NCBI GenBank assembly: GCA_951406725.2
Contig: OX597818.1
Coordinates: 116,126,001 to 116,190,000 of the forward strand
Direction of reading: 5' to 3'
Source: Octopus vulgaris
Taxonomy: Eukaryota
Length of the DNA: 64,000 nucleotides
The notes below the pieces were generated by a model. That model was not told the origin of the DNA. It ran no database searches and saw nothing but the letters and a program-made list of their open reading frames with translations. Within the stretch, counting starts at the first letter, position 1; each line of letters begins with the position of its first letter. Below, in pieces: positions 39,642 through 54,275 of the stretch. Position numbers and translations under genes: made by a program.

Positions 39642-42600
39642 AGCAATTGGTAAAATGAAACATTTACTTATTTGCATCCATATCGTTCTTGTGTTTTTTT
39701 CCTTAAAACATCACAATGTATTTGCCTGCCACCTTTTCAACCCTTACAGCCCACGCATCAATCAAAAGCACTAACAATGGCTCTGAACATTATTGGATGT
39801 TAAAACAATAAAGCATAATTTGACAACCAATCAAAATGTCGAAACATCTGCTTTTGCTCAATTATGAGACGTATTAACATAGACAGTTTAATATGAAATC
39901 AAGTTATCAAAGAGTGTGTTAAAGGTCCTTCACTGGAGCTTATGATATTTTTAGTTTTGGTCACAAAAGAAGACAGTACCATTCACCAGTTACAGGGCCC
40001 CGGAAACTGAGATAAGGAACAAAGGGAGACTGGTATCCGCAAGCAGTAAACCATGTCAGAATGCTTGTAGCAGAGGAAACTCAATTAAGTCATCCAAAAT
40101 CCGGTGGTGGTGTTAAAAATGCGAACCTTTGTCCTCCTGCATAGATATCGGCAGCGCCAAACACCCATGTCTAGTGAGCCCACAACTGCACCAACAAGCC
40201 CAAGGCCTTTTTTTAAAAGAACATTAAGAACCGAAAAGAGTATCGTTCGACCTTCTCACAGTTTCGCCAATCCGCCATCTTAGATTGGTACATTTTATTG
40301 ATTCCGAAGCGATGAAAATAAAATTGATCACATTTGATCACTTACCAATATGGTAAGTTAAGTGTGTCGTACAACAACGAATAATGCTTTTGGAAGCGTT
40401 ATATAAATGTGATGAAGCTATGCAGCGAAATATCTATAATCGAAGTCACTAAAATGTCATAGTGATTTGCAAAGAAAGCGAGGCTCTCTCCATGGTTTCT
40501 CTGTTCCTTACATATAACAGCTAAATCTTCTACTATTCACTTACTACTCTCTTAAAAAAATACATTAATACCTTAGATAATGTAACATAAAATACTCCAT
40601 CGAGTATGATGAGGTAGCCAGGTTTAGAATGCTTTTGGAAAACGTTTGCTTAATGACATTATTTTCCCTTTCTTATAGATAGCTTTGCATTTTGCTTCCT
40701 CAGTTAAATATGCCAACATTAACTTAGCATTGCAGAAAATGTATATTTTTCTCTTGTTTGAGCTGCTAAATTTGCCTATGCCTATCTACCCGGCTAAGAT
40801 TTTTGTTACTATAGAGTATATAGCGCCGCAGGTATTTCACACGATTGAATGTATTCTGTGCAGGCATTTATATATTTCTTTATTCAATTACATGTCAAAA
40901 ATGACAGTTTTCGTTTCGTTGACATAAACTTGACTTACTGCCAGTGTGGTAGTTTGCTTTAGAAAGACAATGATGCAGGAAACCTATGGTGAACTATAAC
41001 TATAACCCGCGACATATTTTCTGATAATTTCTTAATCTAACAAGTAATTTCTTTTCAAGGATAGGGTTTGATCTGAACAAAATTTACTTATTACTTTTAG
41101 CAGGTTCAGTATTAGTTGAAAACCTCTCATTGGTCTGGTAAAAGCAGGGTGTTATCACTTACATTCCTTGTTTTGCCTTCAATTAATTTGCGTAGCAATG
41201 GTCAGGCATATATGGACGTCAGAATTTCACGATAATGATAAATGAAGAGTACAACGGTCAAATTTTGGCCGGATAGCTAAGGCCTTGTCCTTGCGTTAGA
41301 TACATAAATTACGTTAGATACATAAAATACTAATTAATTTCCTTGACTATGACACATTCCGATGGAGTTAATTAAATGCGAATTTCGGAAACATTTAAAT
41401 ATTAATCAGAGTGACATAGTGAAAACATTGCTTCATTAAACATGTTTCACAAGTACCATTTCCTTAATAACTTCTGTTTGGCTTGTATAATTCTTTAATT
41501 ATTATTTCCTTCTTTCCTTTAGCTAGCTCCTGTTTTTTTACATGTTATTTTATATAATGCCCACGTAATACAGTGTTGAAATAGCTTATTCATATTATAG
41601 CCTAAAAGATTCTTTTTTGTAATTGAAGTAAAAAAAAAAACGTAGTTCACTGTTGTTAGTTTGCTAATTAAAGTCTTGTAGATCTTTAAGATATTCTATA
41701 AGCTATGTGAATGCTAGAAGGAATGCTGTAATGTATTCTGTACACTAATCAAACAAGCCTGAAGCAATCGCATTTGATAATAGATTAAAGATGCCATCCT
41801 TCGCAACACACAATGCATTCGTCTGTATAAAGTAAAAACTACATTTTCACGCATGCACAGCTTCGTGTATACAGATCTATACGAAATGCATAAACAGAGA
41901 TAAAGGAAAGAAAAAGAAAACCAATATAATATAACAGAAATAAATAATTGCAAATGAAAACTTCACCTCATCAAAAAAGCACACGCAAAAAAAAATGTAA
42001 CTAACGAAGAATGAATTAACAGGGAAAGAGATACAAAAACATACCAGTCAAATTAGTTTCCTGAAATTAAAATAATTTTGAAATAGTAATGATTTCTAAA
42101 AAAGATATGCAAACTCAGAACAGAGGTTCTTTTATGAAGTGCGCGGGATCTCGGGCTGCTAGAAATAGCAGCCTTCTCTTGGGCCTCCGTCGGTCATGGC
42201 CGACCATGAATACTGTCATCGGTCCGTTGAGTTGTCTATTCAGTTTTTGCAACGCTTCTTGTGGCTGTAGAGACTGGGCACTTGGCATCAACACGAATTC
42301 CTGGGAGGATCTCGCAGCCGACCGAACCAGCTGGAGAGGCAATCTTCACAAACAACTGCAAACCGGCGAAGAGGGTGGCGGCAGTTGAAAACCGAGCCCG
42401 CAGAAAAGAAATGACAGCCAACAGACCGGATTCAATATATTTGTGTGACCTCTACCTCTGCAAAAAATAGCAGCCAAATTTTCATTAAAATTATACCATT
42501 ATCTCTTGAAATATATGAATATATTGGATAACCAAAACCTGGATAATCTATGCTTGAAAAGGAAACTATTTTCAAGTATAGAACGTAGATTGAATGATAA

Positions 42601-45600
42601 ATATCAGCTTATACATTTACGCGCCTCAACGTGCTTCCAAGTTCGTTTCCACAATGCGGCACTGGGTTAATAAAAGTGACGAGTTGGCAGAATCCTTAGT
42701 ATGCCGGTCTAAAGGCTGAGCAATTGGTAAAATGAAACATTTACTTATTTGCATCCATATCGTTCTTGTGTTTTTTTCCTTAAAACATCACAATGTATTT
42801 GCCTGCCACCTTTTCAACCCTTACAGCCCACGCATCAATCAAAAGCACTAACAATGGCTCTGAACATTATTGGATGTTAAAACAATAAAGCATAATTTGA
42901 CAACCAATCAAAATGTCGAAACATCTGCTTTTGCTCAATTATGAGACGTATTAACATAGACAGTTTAATATGAAATCAAGTTATCAAAGAGTGTGTTAAA
43001 GGTCCTTCACTGGAGCTTATGATATTTTTAGTTTTGGTCACAAAAGAAGACAGTACCATTCACCAGTTACAGGGCCCCGGAAACTGAGATAAGGAACAAA
43101 GGGAGACTGGTATCCGCAAGCAGTAAACCATGTCAGAATGCTTGTAGCAGAGGAAACTCAATTAAGTCATCCAAAATCCGGTGGTGGTGTTAAAAATGCG
43201 AACCTTTGTCCTCCTGCATAGATATCGGCAGCGCCAAACACCCATGTCTAGTGAGCCCACAACTGCACCAACAAGCCCAAGGCCTTTTTTTTAAAAGAAC
43301 ATTAAGAACCGAAAAGAGTATCGTTCGACCTTCTCACAGTTTCGCCAATCCGCCATCTTAGATTGGTACATTTTATTGATTCCGAAGCGATGAAAATAAA
43401 ATTGATCACATTTGATCACTTACCAATATGGTAAGTTAAGTGTGTCGTACAACAACGAATAATGCTTTTGGAAGCGTTATATAAATGTGATGAAGCTATG
43501 CAGCGAAATATCTATAATCGAAGTCACTAAAATGTCATAGTGATTTGCAAAGAAAGCGAGGCTCTCTCCATGGTTTCTCTGTTCCTTACATATAACAGCT
43601 AAATCTTCTACTATTCACTTACTACTCTCTTAAAAAAATACATTAATACCTTAGATAATGTAACATAAAATACTCCATCGAGTATGATGAGGTAGCCAGG
43701 TTTAGAATGCTTTTGGAAAACGTTTGCTTAATGACATTATTTTCCCTTTCTTATAGATAGCTTTGCATTTTGCTTCCTCAGTTAAATATGCCAACATTAA
43801 CTTAGCATTGCAGAAAATGTATATTTTTCTCTTGTTTGAGCTGCTAAATTTGCCTATGCCTATCTACCCGGCTAAGATTTTTGTTACTATAGAGTATATA
43901 GCGCCGCAGGTATTTCACACGATTGAATGTATTCTGTGCAGGCATTTATATATTTCTTTATTCAATTACATGTCAAAATTGACAGTTTTCGTTTCGTTGA
44001 CATAAACTTGACTTACTGCCAGTGTGGTAGTTTGCTTTAGAAAGACAATGATGCAGGAAACCTATGGTGAACTATAACTATAACCCGCGACATATTTTCT
44101 GATAATTTCTTAATCTAACAAGTAATTTCTTTTCAAGGATAGGGTTTGATCTGAACAAAATTTACTTATTACTTTTAGCAGGTTCAGTATTAGTTGAAAA
44201 CCTCTCATTGGTCTGGTAAAAGCAGGGTGTTATCACTTACATTCCTTGTTTTGCCTTCAATTAATTTGCGTAGCAATGGTCAGGCATATATGGACGTCAG
44301 AATTTCACGATAATGATAAATGAAGAGTACAACGGTCAAATTTTGGCCGGATAGCTAAGGCCTTGTCCTTGCGTTAGATACATAAATTACGTTAGATACA
44401 TAAAATACTAATTAATTTCCTTGACTATGACACATTCCGATGGAGTTAATTAAATGCGAATTTCGGAAACATTTAAATATTAATCAGAGTGACATAGTGA
44501 AAACATTGCTTCATTAAACATGTTTCACAAGTACCATTTCCTTAATAACTTCTGTTTGGCTTGTATAATTCTTTAATTATTATTTCCTTCTTTCCTTTAG
44601 CTAGCTCCTGTTTTTTTACATGTTATTTTATATAATGCCCACGTAATACAGTGTTGAAATAGCTTATTCATATTATAGCCTAAAAGATTCTTTTTTGTAA
44701 TTGAAGTAAAAAAAAAAACGTAGTTCACTGTTGTTAGTTTGCTAATTAAAGTCTTGTAGATCTTTAAGATATTCTATAAGCTATGTGAATACTAGAAGGA
44801 ATGCTGTAATGTATTCTGTACACTAATCAAACAAGCCTGAAGCAATCGCATTTGATAATAGATTAAAGATGCCATCCTTCGCAACACACAATGCATTCGT
44901 CTGTATAAAGTAAAAACTACATTTTCACGCATGCACAGCTTCGTGTATACAGATCTATACGAAATGCATAAACAGAGATAAAGGAAAGAAAAAGAAAACC
45001 AATATAATATAACAGAAATAAATAATTGCAAATGAAAACTTCACCTCATCAAAAAAGCACACGCAAAAAAAAATGTAACTAACGAAGAATGAATTAACAG
45101 GGAAAGAGATACAAAAACATACCAGTCAAATTAGTTTCCTGAAATTAAAATAATTTTGAAATAGTAATGATTTCTAAAAAAGATATGCAAACTCAGAACA
45201 GAGGTTCTTTTATGAAGTGCGCGGGATCTCGGGCTGCTAGAAATAGCAGCCTTCTCTTGGGCCTCCGTCGGTCATGGCCGACCATGAATACTGTCATCGG
45301 TCCGTTGAGTTGTCTATTCAGTTTTTGCAACGCTTCTTGTGGCTGTAGAGACTGGGCACTTGGCATCAACACGAATTCCTGGGAGGATCTCGCAGCCGAC
45401 CGAACCAGCTGGAGAGGCAATCTTCACAAACAACTGCAAACCGGCGAAGAGGGTGGCGGCAGTTGAAAACCGAGCCCGCAGAAAAGAAATGACAGCCAAC
45501 AGACCGGATTCAATATATATGTGTGACCTCTACCTCTGCAAAAAATAGCAGCCAAATTTTCATTAAAATTATACCATTATCTCTTGAAATATATGAATAT

Positions 45601-45801
45601 ATTGGATAACCAAAACCTGGATAATCTATGCTTGAAAAGGAAACTATTTTCAAGTATAGAACGTAGATTGAATGATAAATATCAGCTTATACATTTACGC
45701 GCCTCAACGTGCTTCCAAGTTCGTTTCCACAATGCGGCACTGGGTTAATAAAAGTGACGAGTTGGCAGAATCCTTAGTATGCCGGTCTAAAGGCTGAGCA
45801 A
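39642..45801. repeat. Near-perfect tandem duplication, two ~3077-bp units
   Basis: 39642-42718 repeated at 42719-45796; identical paired ORFs offset by 3078; AGCAA microhomology at the junction. Confidence 0.97.
42181..42455. mobile_element. RTE-type LINE 3' fragment with internal inversion (second copy 45259-45533)
   Basis: + strand ALGINTNSWEDLAADRTSWR...RARRKE..CDL; adjacent minus strand SLYSHKKRCKN* and 3' UTR. Confidence 0.65.
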
Positions 45802-46531
45802 CATTTCGTCCGCCTTTATGTTCTGAGCGGTAATTCCCTGAGGTCGACTTACCTTTCAATCTACAATCTGGCATAAAAGCTTCTGCTATAGGTGGTAGTG
45901 ATGATGCTGATGACGATGGTGATGACGACGATGTTGATGATGACGATGATGGTGATGATGATGGTGACGATGATGGTGACGATGAGGGTGATGATGACGA
46001 TGATGGTGATGATGATGATCTAACGGTGACGATGATGAATTCTACTTATGTAAACTACAAGTCAACAGAGTCGACCCCTCCCAATTATTTCATTTTATTC
46101 GTCCACGTCCGGAAGTCGTGTAATCAAGATTCAATTGATTGAAAGACGGCAGAAACGATGTTAAAAATGCTTACAAATAATTCCCAAGGTCTGTATATTA
46201 ATCTCACCACTTCCATCTCCTACTGAGGCCATCCACTACGATTCTTGACGTTTCTCCTCACGACCAGTTTTCTCCAGATTCAGTCATTACAAATACGACT
46301 AAAAACTACTCTGTACCAATTAGTTCGTTGCTGGATCGAAATACAGAATCAGTTGGAATGCAGAAGAACTTCTTTCACGATGTCACGAATTCCATTGATT
46401 AAAGCGCCACTTTAATTTCATAATTTAGTTTCTTGCTTTCAACCAATAAGCAAACTGCATTGCAAACTTCCAAACAGTCACGTTCAGCTCATGTTATAAA
46501 ACAGAAGGAAATAAAAAGTGATACATACATG

Positions 46532-46612
<81 letters not shown>

Positions 46613-46639
46613 GTATATGCATACATACAAACATACATG

Positions 46640-46714
<75 letters not shown>

Positions 46715-47008
46715 AGAGAGAGAGAGAGAGATAAATAAAATAGATAAATGTATTTATATATGTACTTATGCATATATACATTCACTGAGATATATACACA
46801 TATACACACGCGTATGCATGAGTATATATTTATATCTATCTATATATCTATCTGTCTTTGTGCATATATGTATATTTGTTACTGTTTATATCCATATATA
46901 TATATATATATATATATATATCTTTGTCCCTCAGCCTATATGCGAGTATATATATATGTATCTTTCTCACTCTGTCACTCACTCCCGCTCTCTCTCTCTC
47001 TCTCTCTC

Positions 47009-47064
<56 letters not shown>

Positions 47065-47081
47065 TATATGCATACATACAA

Positions 47082-47165
<84 letters not shown>

Positions 47166-47409
47166 TCTGTGCAAACATATATAACATTGCAGCTTTGCTT
47201 TGCTTTCTTAAGCCTTGTATAGTTTATATTAATTTTGGTATTGGTTCGCTGCCTGTTACTTTTATTTCATTCGATATCCAGATTCCTGTAAGGTCATTCC
47301 CTTAGGGAAAACATCGCAAAGACAACAAACGCCCTCACAAGTTGTGCTTAAGATGATGCACGAAAAACTGGAAGAACGTCCGTGCTTTCATGTATGACTG
47401 TCTGTGTGC

Positions 47410-47513
<104 letters not shown>

Positions 47514-48439
47514 ACATAAATATATAAATTAATATATATATATATGTATATGTGTGTGTGTGTGTGTGTGTTCTTTGATTTTTTTTTGTTTGTTTCATTT
47601 GACTGCGGCCATGTAGTCGAATAAATCGCATGTAGTCGAATTGCACCCAGGACTTATACTTTGTAAGCCTAGTACTTGTCCCATCGGCATCTTTTACCGC
47701 ACCGTTAAGTTACGGGGACGTAAACACACCAACATCGGTTAAGTGATGGTGTGGGAGTCACTAATACGGACACACAAATACATAGATAGATATATATGTA
47801 TATACATATATATTATATATATATAAACATACATACATACACACACACACACATACACACACGCGCATATATCAGTATAGGCGCACGCTTGGTTGTGTGA
47901 TAAATTGTTTGCTTTCCAACTACATATTCCTGCTTTCAATCCGACTGTGTAGCACCTTGGGTTTGTGTCTTCTAGTATAGCTCCGGGCCGACCAAAGTCT
48001 TGTGAGTGAATTTAGTAGAGGAAAACCGAAACTAGTTACACTGACAAAGGAATAAGCAGTTATGTTTTGTACTTCATTAGCCTACAGCTGTTTCTGCTAT
48101 GAGATACAATGCACTCATGGCTGAGTGTTTGAGTTTTTCCCTGTAGCTTCATCGGAGCTTCAAACAGAATAACCATATATACATACATACATACATACAT
48201 ACATACACACATATTCAAAAATAACCTGTTGTTGATGTTGAAATTCCAATGAAGGAATCTTGGATCAAGGTTACAAATCGGTTCTTTCTCTTGTGGCAAG
48301 AAATCTGAAATAAACAGAACAATGACATACATACATACATACATACATACATACATACATACATACATACATACATACATGCATGCATACATACATACAT
48401 ACATACATACATACATACATACATACACACATACATATG

Positions 48440-49100
48440 TGTGTGGAATCCAGTATCAAGAAATCTCAACCAAATACCTGATGCACAAAAAGAATAGAGA
48501 TGCAAGAAAAGCAGTAAAATGTGACAACCGATGCAGACTTTGTAGAGTTCACACTGAAGATATCACCCACGTCATAAACAGTTGTCCGAAAATCTCATCT
48601 CGGTATTATCTACCGATGAGCCACGATGTTGCTGCTAGGACTCTATACAATGAAATCTGGCGGAAGGATAACTCCGAGCACAAACAAATAAGAACCCACA
48701 GGATGGTGGAAGCCTTAGCCACTCATAATAAAAGGGAATACTGGTGGAATGTCCCAGTGAGAACCTCAATAAAATGTAAGCAAAATAGACCTGATATAAT
48801 GGTTTGGGATAGAGGTACTGCCCAGGCGCGTAATTTGATACTATAGTCGTTCAGCAGACTTGTGCTTATTTCATCGCGCCTGAATAGATGAAAGGAATTT
48901 CTACGTACCCATGTTATTGCGAGATAGCCGTTGACCTGCACTAGGTTCATCCGAATTTTCAATAGGTCTTTAGCAAACCTCCCCACCAGGGTAGTCCGGT
49001 GGGAGTGCCGGTTTAGTGACCGACGACCCTACCATGCAACAGGTTGTACTGGATTCCATGCTACCAGTAGCACGTATGAAAACCTCATAAGTGACCTGAC
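48440..49100 (+). mobile_element. R4/Dong-like non-LTR retrotransposon 3' fragment in (TACA)n
   Basis: CRLCRVHTEDITHVINSC (CX2CX8HX4C), SHD (RHD-like), RPDIMVWD (PD-(D/E)xK start); interrupted at ~48813; 3' UTR shared with 1320-1450. Confidence 0.8.
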
Positions 49101-49529
49101 ATACATACATGCAAGCATACATACATATATACACACCTACCGACATACATACATACATACATACATACATACATACATACATACATACATACATACACAC
49201 ATACATACATACATACATACATACATACATACATACATACATACATACATACATACATACATGCATGCATACATACATACATACATGCACACGTACATAC
49301 ATGAAATACACATCCACGCATACGCGTCTGTGTTGAAAATGAATATGGATTTTTGCTGTCTCGCTATGATTAATCGTTTGGAATTAGATAGTGACTTCGA
49401 AAGATATGCTCTGGTAATACAGTTCGTTAAAGTTGCATAAGTCTTAAAACTATAGAGTATTATTGTATCGACAAATACGTATGCATGTGTGTCCTTATAC
49501 ATAAATACATACACACATACTTACATATA

Positions 49530-49597
<68 letters not shown>

Positions 49598-49610
49598 TAT
49601 ACATATATAT

Positions 49611-49658
<48 letters not shown>

Positions 49659-49802
49659 ATTAGAGAAAGGAAAATCAAACTTACGTCTGAGATAAATCTT
49701 AAGCATTCCCACTTTATACATACATACATACATACATTCATATATACGTTTAAAAAATAAATATATATATGATGTATGTTTATGTATACCTATATCTGTA
49801 CG

Positions 49803-49904
<102 letters not shown>

Positions 49905-50390
49905 ATATATATGTATATACATGTATATGTATATATATGTATATATATGTATATGTATATATATATATGTATATATATATTTATATATATATATGTATAT
50001 ATATATTTGTATATATATATGTATATATATATATATGTATGTATATATATATATGTTTATATATATGTATGTATATATTTATATGTATATATATATATAT
50101 AGTATATATATATATATATATAATGTATAGTGTGTGTATGTATATATATATATAAATTTGTACATAGATACATGCGTATGTGTGCATTTGTGTGCGTGTG
50201 TGCACGCGTGTATAATAGTTCTACGCATAGTGTATTCCGTTATCTACCTACATTCTTAAACATAATTGGCATTGATATTACCGTTTTTTTTCTAAGGTTT
50301 ACGAATCCATAAAATAACTTCTCTATATTATGTTAATAAGATTTCCCCCACCTTTATTCAGAAAATTTCAGGTTGGCGTACAAGCCAAAA

Positions 50391-50463
<73 letters not shown>

Positions 50464-50483
50464 TGATGATGATGATGATGATG

Positions 50484-50559
<76 letters not shown>

Positions 50560-50794
50560 TATAGAAAACAATAAAGAAGAAGCAAATTAAAAGCAAAGAA
50601 CAACACATTCGAACATACAGTAATAGAATAAACAAAAGATAAAAAGAAAGAAAGGGAGAGAGGAAAAAAAGACAGTAAGAATAAAAAAAACGTTTCCTTG
50701 CAGTTCGTTTGTCTTATGTTTTACACACACACACACATCATATGTACATGCATATATACACAAATGCATTCATGCATACATACATTTATATATG

Positions 50795-50856
<62 letters not shown>

Positions 50857-50893
50857 CATATACATATACATACATACATACATACATTCATAC

Positions 50894-50924
<31 letters not shown>

Positions 50925-51000
50925 CACACATATATATATATATACATACATTCATATATGCATATATATATGTGTATATATATATACATACACTCATATA

Positions 51001-51081
<81 letters not shown>

Positions 51082-51502
51082 GCATATTTCTTAGAATTAC
51101 TTTTATCTAATCAACTTCGGAGACATTATTTTGCGTAAATTATAATACACTATAGTGATTAAATAAGTTTTCTTTTCATTAACTAGTTTCCCAGTTTAGT
51201 AACAATGCGAGATAATATAAATACAGTGAAGAGACTTAAAATACCAACAAACGCGGGGTGGTTGGGTGGGTGAGATATATTATATAGAAATAAAAGGAAA
51301 ATGGAATAAGGAATCGTATACATGGCAAATTCCATTAGATTATATACCTACACACACACACACAGACTTATGTACGTATATGTATATATATTTATGTATG
51401 TGTTTGTATGTAAGTATGTATATGGATACATCTTCATATATGGATGCATGTATGTATTTTTATATATGCAAATATGTAGGTTTTCATTCAAGCATATGTG
51501 TG

Positions 51503-51540
<38 letters not shown>

Positions 51541-51563
51541 TATATATATATAAACATATAGAT

Positions 51564-51607
<44 letters not shown>

Positions 51608-51660
51608 CATTATCTTTACTGTCTGGTCTTATTTGGATTTTCCTATATGAATTAAAGAAA

Positions 51661-51827
51661 GAAAGAAGAAGAAGAAGAAGAAGAAGAAGAAGAAGAAGAA
51701 GAAGAAGAAGAAGAAGAAGAAGAAGAAGAAGAAGAAGAAGAAGAAGAAGAAGAAGAAGAAGAAGAAGAAGAAGAAGAAGAAGAAGAAGAAGAAGAAGAAG
51801 AAGAAGAAGAAGAAGAAGAAGAAGAAG
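51661..51827. repeat. Pure (AAG)n microsatellite
   Basis: Direct reading. Confidence 0.95.
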
Positions 51828-52378
51828 CTGGTGACGAGGGAAGACGAAAGTGCAGTTGGAGAAAACTGCTGTATAGAAAGGAATACATTTCTGTTACCTA
51901 TTTTTCTATTTCGCTTTTTACCTGCGATGGAAAGCAGAGTCGGAGGAACATCCAAAAGAAAGACAAAAAAAAATGATTTCCTGTATTTGGAAGCATCCAT
52001 TCATATTATGAGTTCAAATTTTGCCTTGTCATTGCTCTCTTGCCTTTCATCTTTTGATGTCGATCAAACAAGTATTAGTGGCAAAAAAAATATATATGAA
52101 CTGGGAACAATGTGGTTGAGTGTATCTCAGAAGTAGTGGCATAGCCTAGTCACTGACAAATGATCAATGAATGACGCCAGTAAAAAAACAGAAATATTAA
52201 AAAATTTATACCTCTACATATAAACCCATACACACACATATGCATACGTATGCACGTACATATATACATATATATATGCGTATATACACACATAAGCCGA
52301 AAGATAATACATAAATAAATGAATTCATGTTTTCTCAAAATCATTATCAAAATCATCATCATCATCATCGTCATCGTC

Positions 52379-52418
<40 letters not shown>

Positions 52419-52459
52419 CTATTATTATCATCTTCATCCTCATCGTCATCATCATCACT

Positions 52460-52506
<47 letters not shown>

Positions 52507-52699
52507 TTGCGTTTTCTTTTCTTCACATATATATGTATTTGTGTGCGTGTATGCGTGTGTGCGAGCATGTGCGTGTGACTGAATGTCCGTGTATGAATGT
52601 GCATGTGCATGTTTATGTGTGTGTGAGTGTGCGTGTGACAGAATACAAGGTAAACATTAATTGTTGTCTGTATCGTTCCTTCCACTAAACATCATTACC

Positions 52700-52851
52700 T
52701 ACTTTATTTACATTCTTTGCAATTGACGGATGTTTGTCCTTATCTTGTTTGTTGTTAACGCAACATTTCGGCTGATGTACCCTCCAGCCTTCATCAGGTG
52801 TCTTGGGGAAATTTCGAACCTGGGTTCTCATTCCTAAGGTATTTTCTTTGC

Positions 52852-52930
<79 letters not shown>

Positions 52931-53074
52931 GTTCAGGTCACTGCCTGGAATCGAACTCGGAATCTTGGGGTTAATAGCCCTCGCTCTTAACCACTACGCC
53001 CATAGGCAAATGGCGTAAGAGCGCAGGCTACTAACACCAAGATTCCGAGTTCGATTCCAGGCAGTGACCTGAAC

Positions 53075-53157
<83 letters not shown>
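52700..53157 (-). mobile_element. tRNA-headed element with (TAA)n linker, hammerhead and inverted head copy
   Basis: Minus: ggcgtagtggttaagagc...gagttcgattcc (52931-53003), (TAA)n, then acac-CTGATGA-aggctg...cagcc-GAAA-tg-TT-gcgt (52758-52801); inverted head + (TAA)n at 53011-53157. Confidence 0.65.
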
Positions 53158-53159
<2 letters not shown>

Positions 53160-53534
53160 TCTTTTTATTGGCCACAAGGGCTGAAATATAATAATAATAA
53201 TGTCGTTGGGAAGCAAGTTTCTTACCACACATCCATTTCTTCGACTGTATATATGTATATACATTCGACTATAATATCTTGAAGGCAGTGCCCCAGCTTA
53301 GCCACAGTCTAATGTCTGAAACAAGTAACAGGTAAAAGATAACAGACAAGGCGTAGGAGTGGCTGTGTGGTAAGTAGCTTGCTTACCAACCATATTGTTC
53401 GGGTTCAGTTCCACTGCGTGAACTTTGGGTAAGTGGTTTCTACTATAGCCTTGGGCTGATCAAAGCCTTGTGAGTGGATTTGGTAGATGGAATCTGGAAG
53501 AAGCCCGTCGTATATATGTATATATATGTATATG

Positions 53535-53830
53535 TATTCTGCTGTGTCTGGGGAGAGTCATTTTCTTTTTGTGCTTTATAATATAACACACTCACTGGTA
53601 AAATTTCCGCTTATTTCTTATTTTCATTTCCCTAAAAGTTTCGTTGACTCTCAAAACTATTGAAAAGGTTGCGAGATGCAACGAAAATTTTAGGAAAATA
53701 AAAATAAGAAATAAATGGAAATTTTACCGGTGAGTGTGTTATATTATAAGGCACAAAAAGAAAATGACTCTCCCCAGACATAACAGAATATGCTTCAACA
53801 CACGAACTCATATAAAGAATCTTGCAAACC
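53535..53830. repeat. Fold-back repeat family (second example 55592-55765)
   Basis: tgtgtctggggagagtcattttctttttgtgc... / ...gcacaaaaagaaaatgactctccccagaca; the 55592 copy is centred on ctcaccggtgag. Confidence 0.85.
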
Positions 53831-53879
53831 AAATCCCAAAACGAAATATGTATATGTATGTGTGTGTATATATTTGTGT

Positions 53880-54074
53880 GTCATTTGACTGTGGCCATGC
53901 TGGAGCACCGCCTTTAGTCGAGCAAATCGACCCCAGGACTTATTCTTTGTAAGCCTAGTACTTATTCTATCGGTCACTTTTACCGAACCGCTAAGTTACG
54001 GGGAAGTAAACACACCAACATCGGTTGTGAAGCAATGTTGGAGGGACAAACACAGACACACAAACACAGACACA

Positions 54075-54112
<38 letters not shown>

Positions 54113-54275
54113 TATGCATATATACGACGGGTTTCTTTCAGTTTCCGTCTACCAAATCCACTCACAAGGCTTTGGTCGGTCCGAGGATATGGTAGAATAC
54201 ACTCGCCCAAGGTGCCACGCAGTGGGACCGAACCCGGAACTATGAGGTCCGTAAGCAAGCTACTTACCACACAGC
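53880..54275 (-). mobile_element. Family B SINE
   Basis: Homologous to 14807-15245; a + strand family B head lies at 53349-53510. Confidence 0.8.

Noticed and set aside
40685-45031. Duplicated 79-80 aa ORFs as a gene pair
   Set aside because: TTG-start short ORFs without motifs; duplicated only because of the 3-kb tandem duplication.
52931-53074. Functional tRNA genes
   Set aside because: A and B boxes are present but there is no complete acceptor stem; they run into (TAA)n, so these are SINE-like heads.
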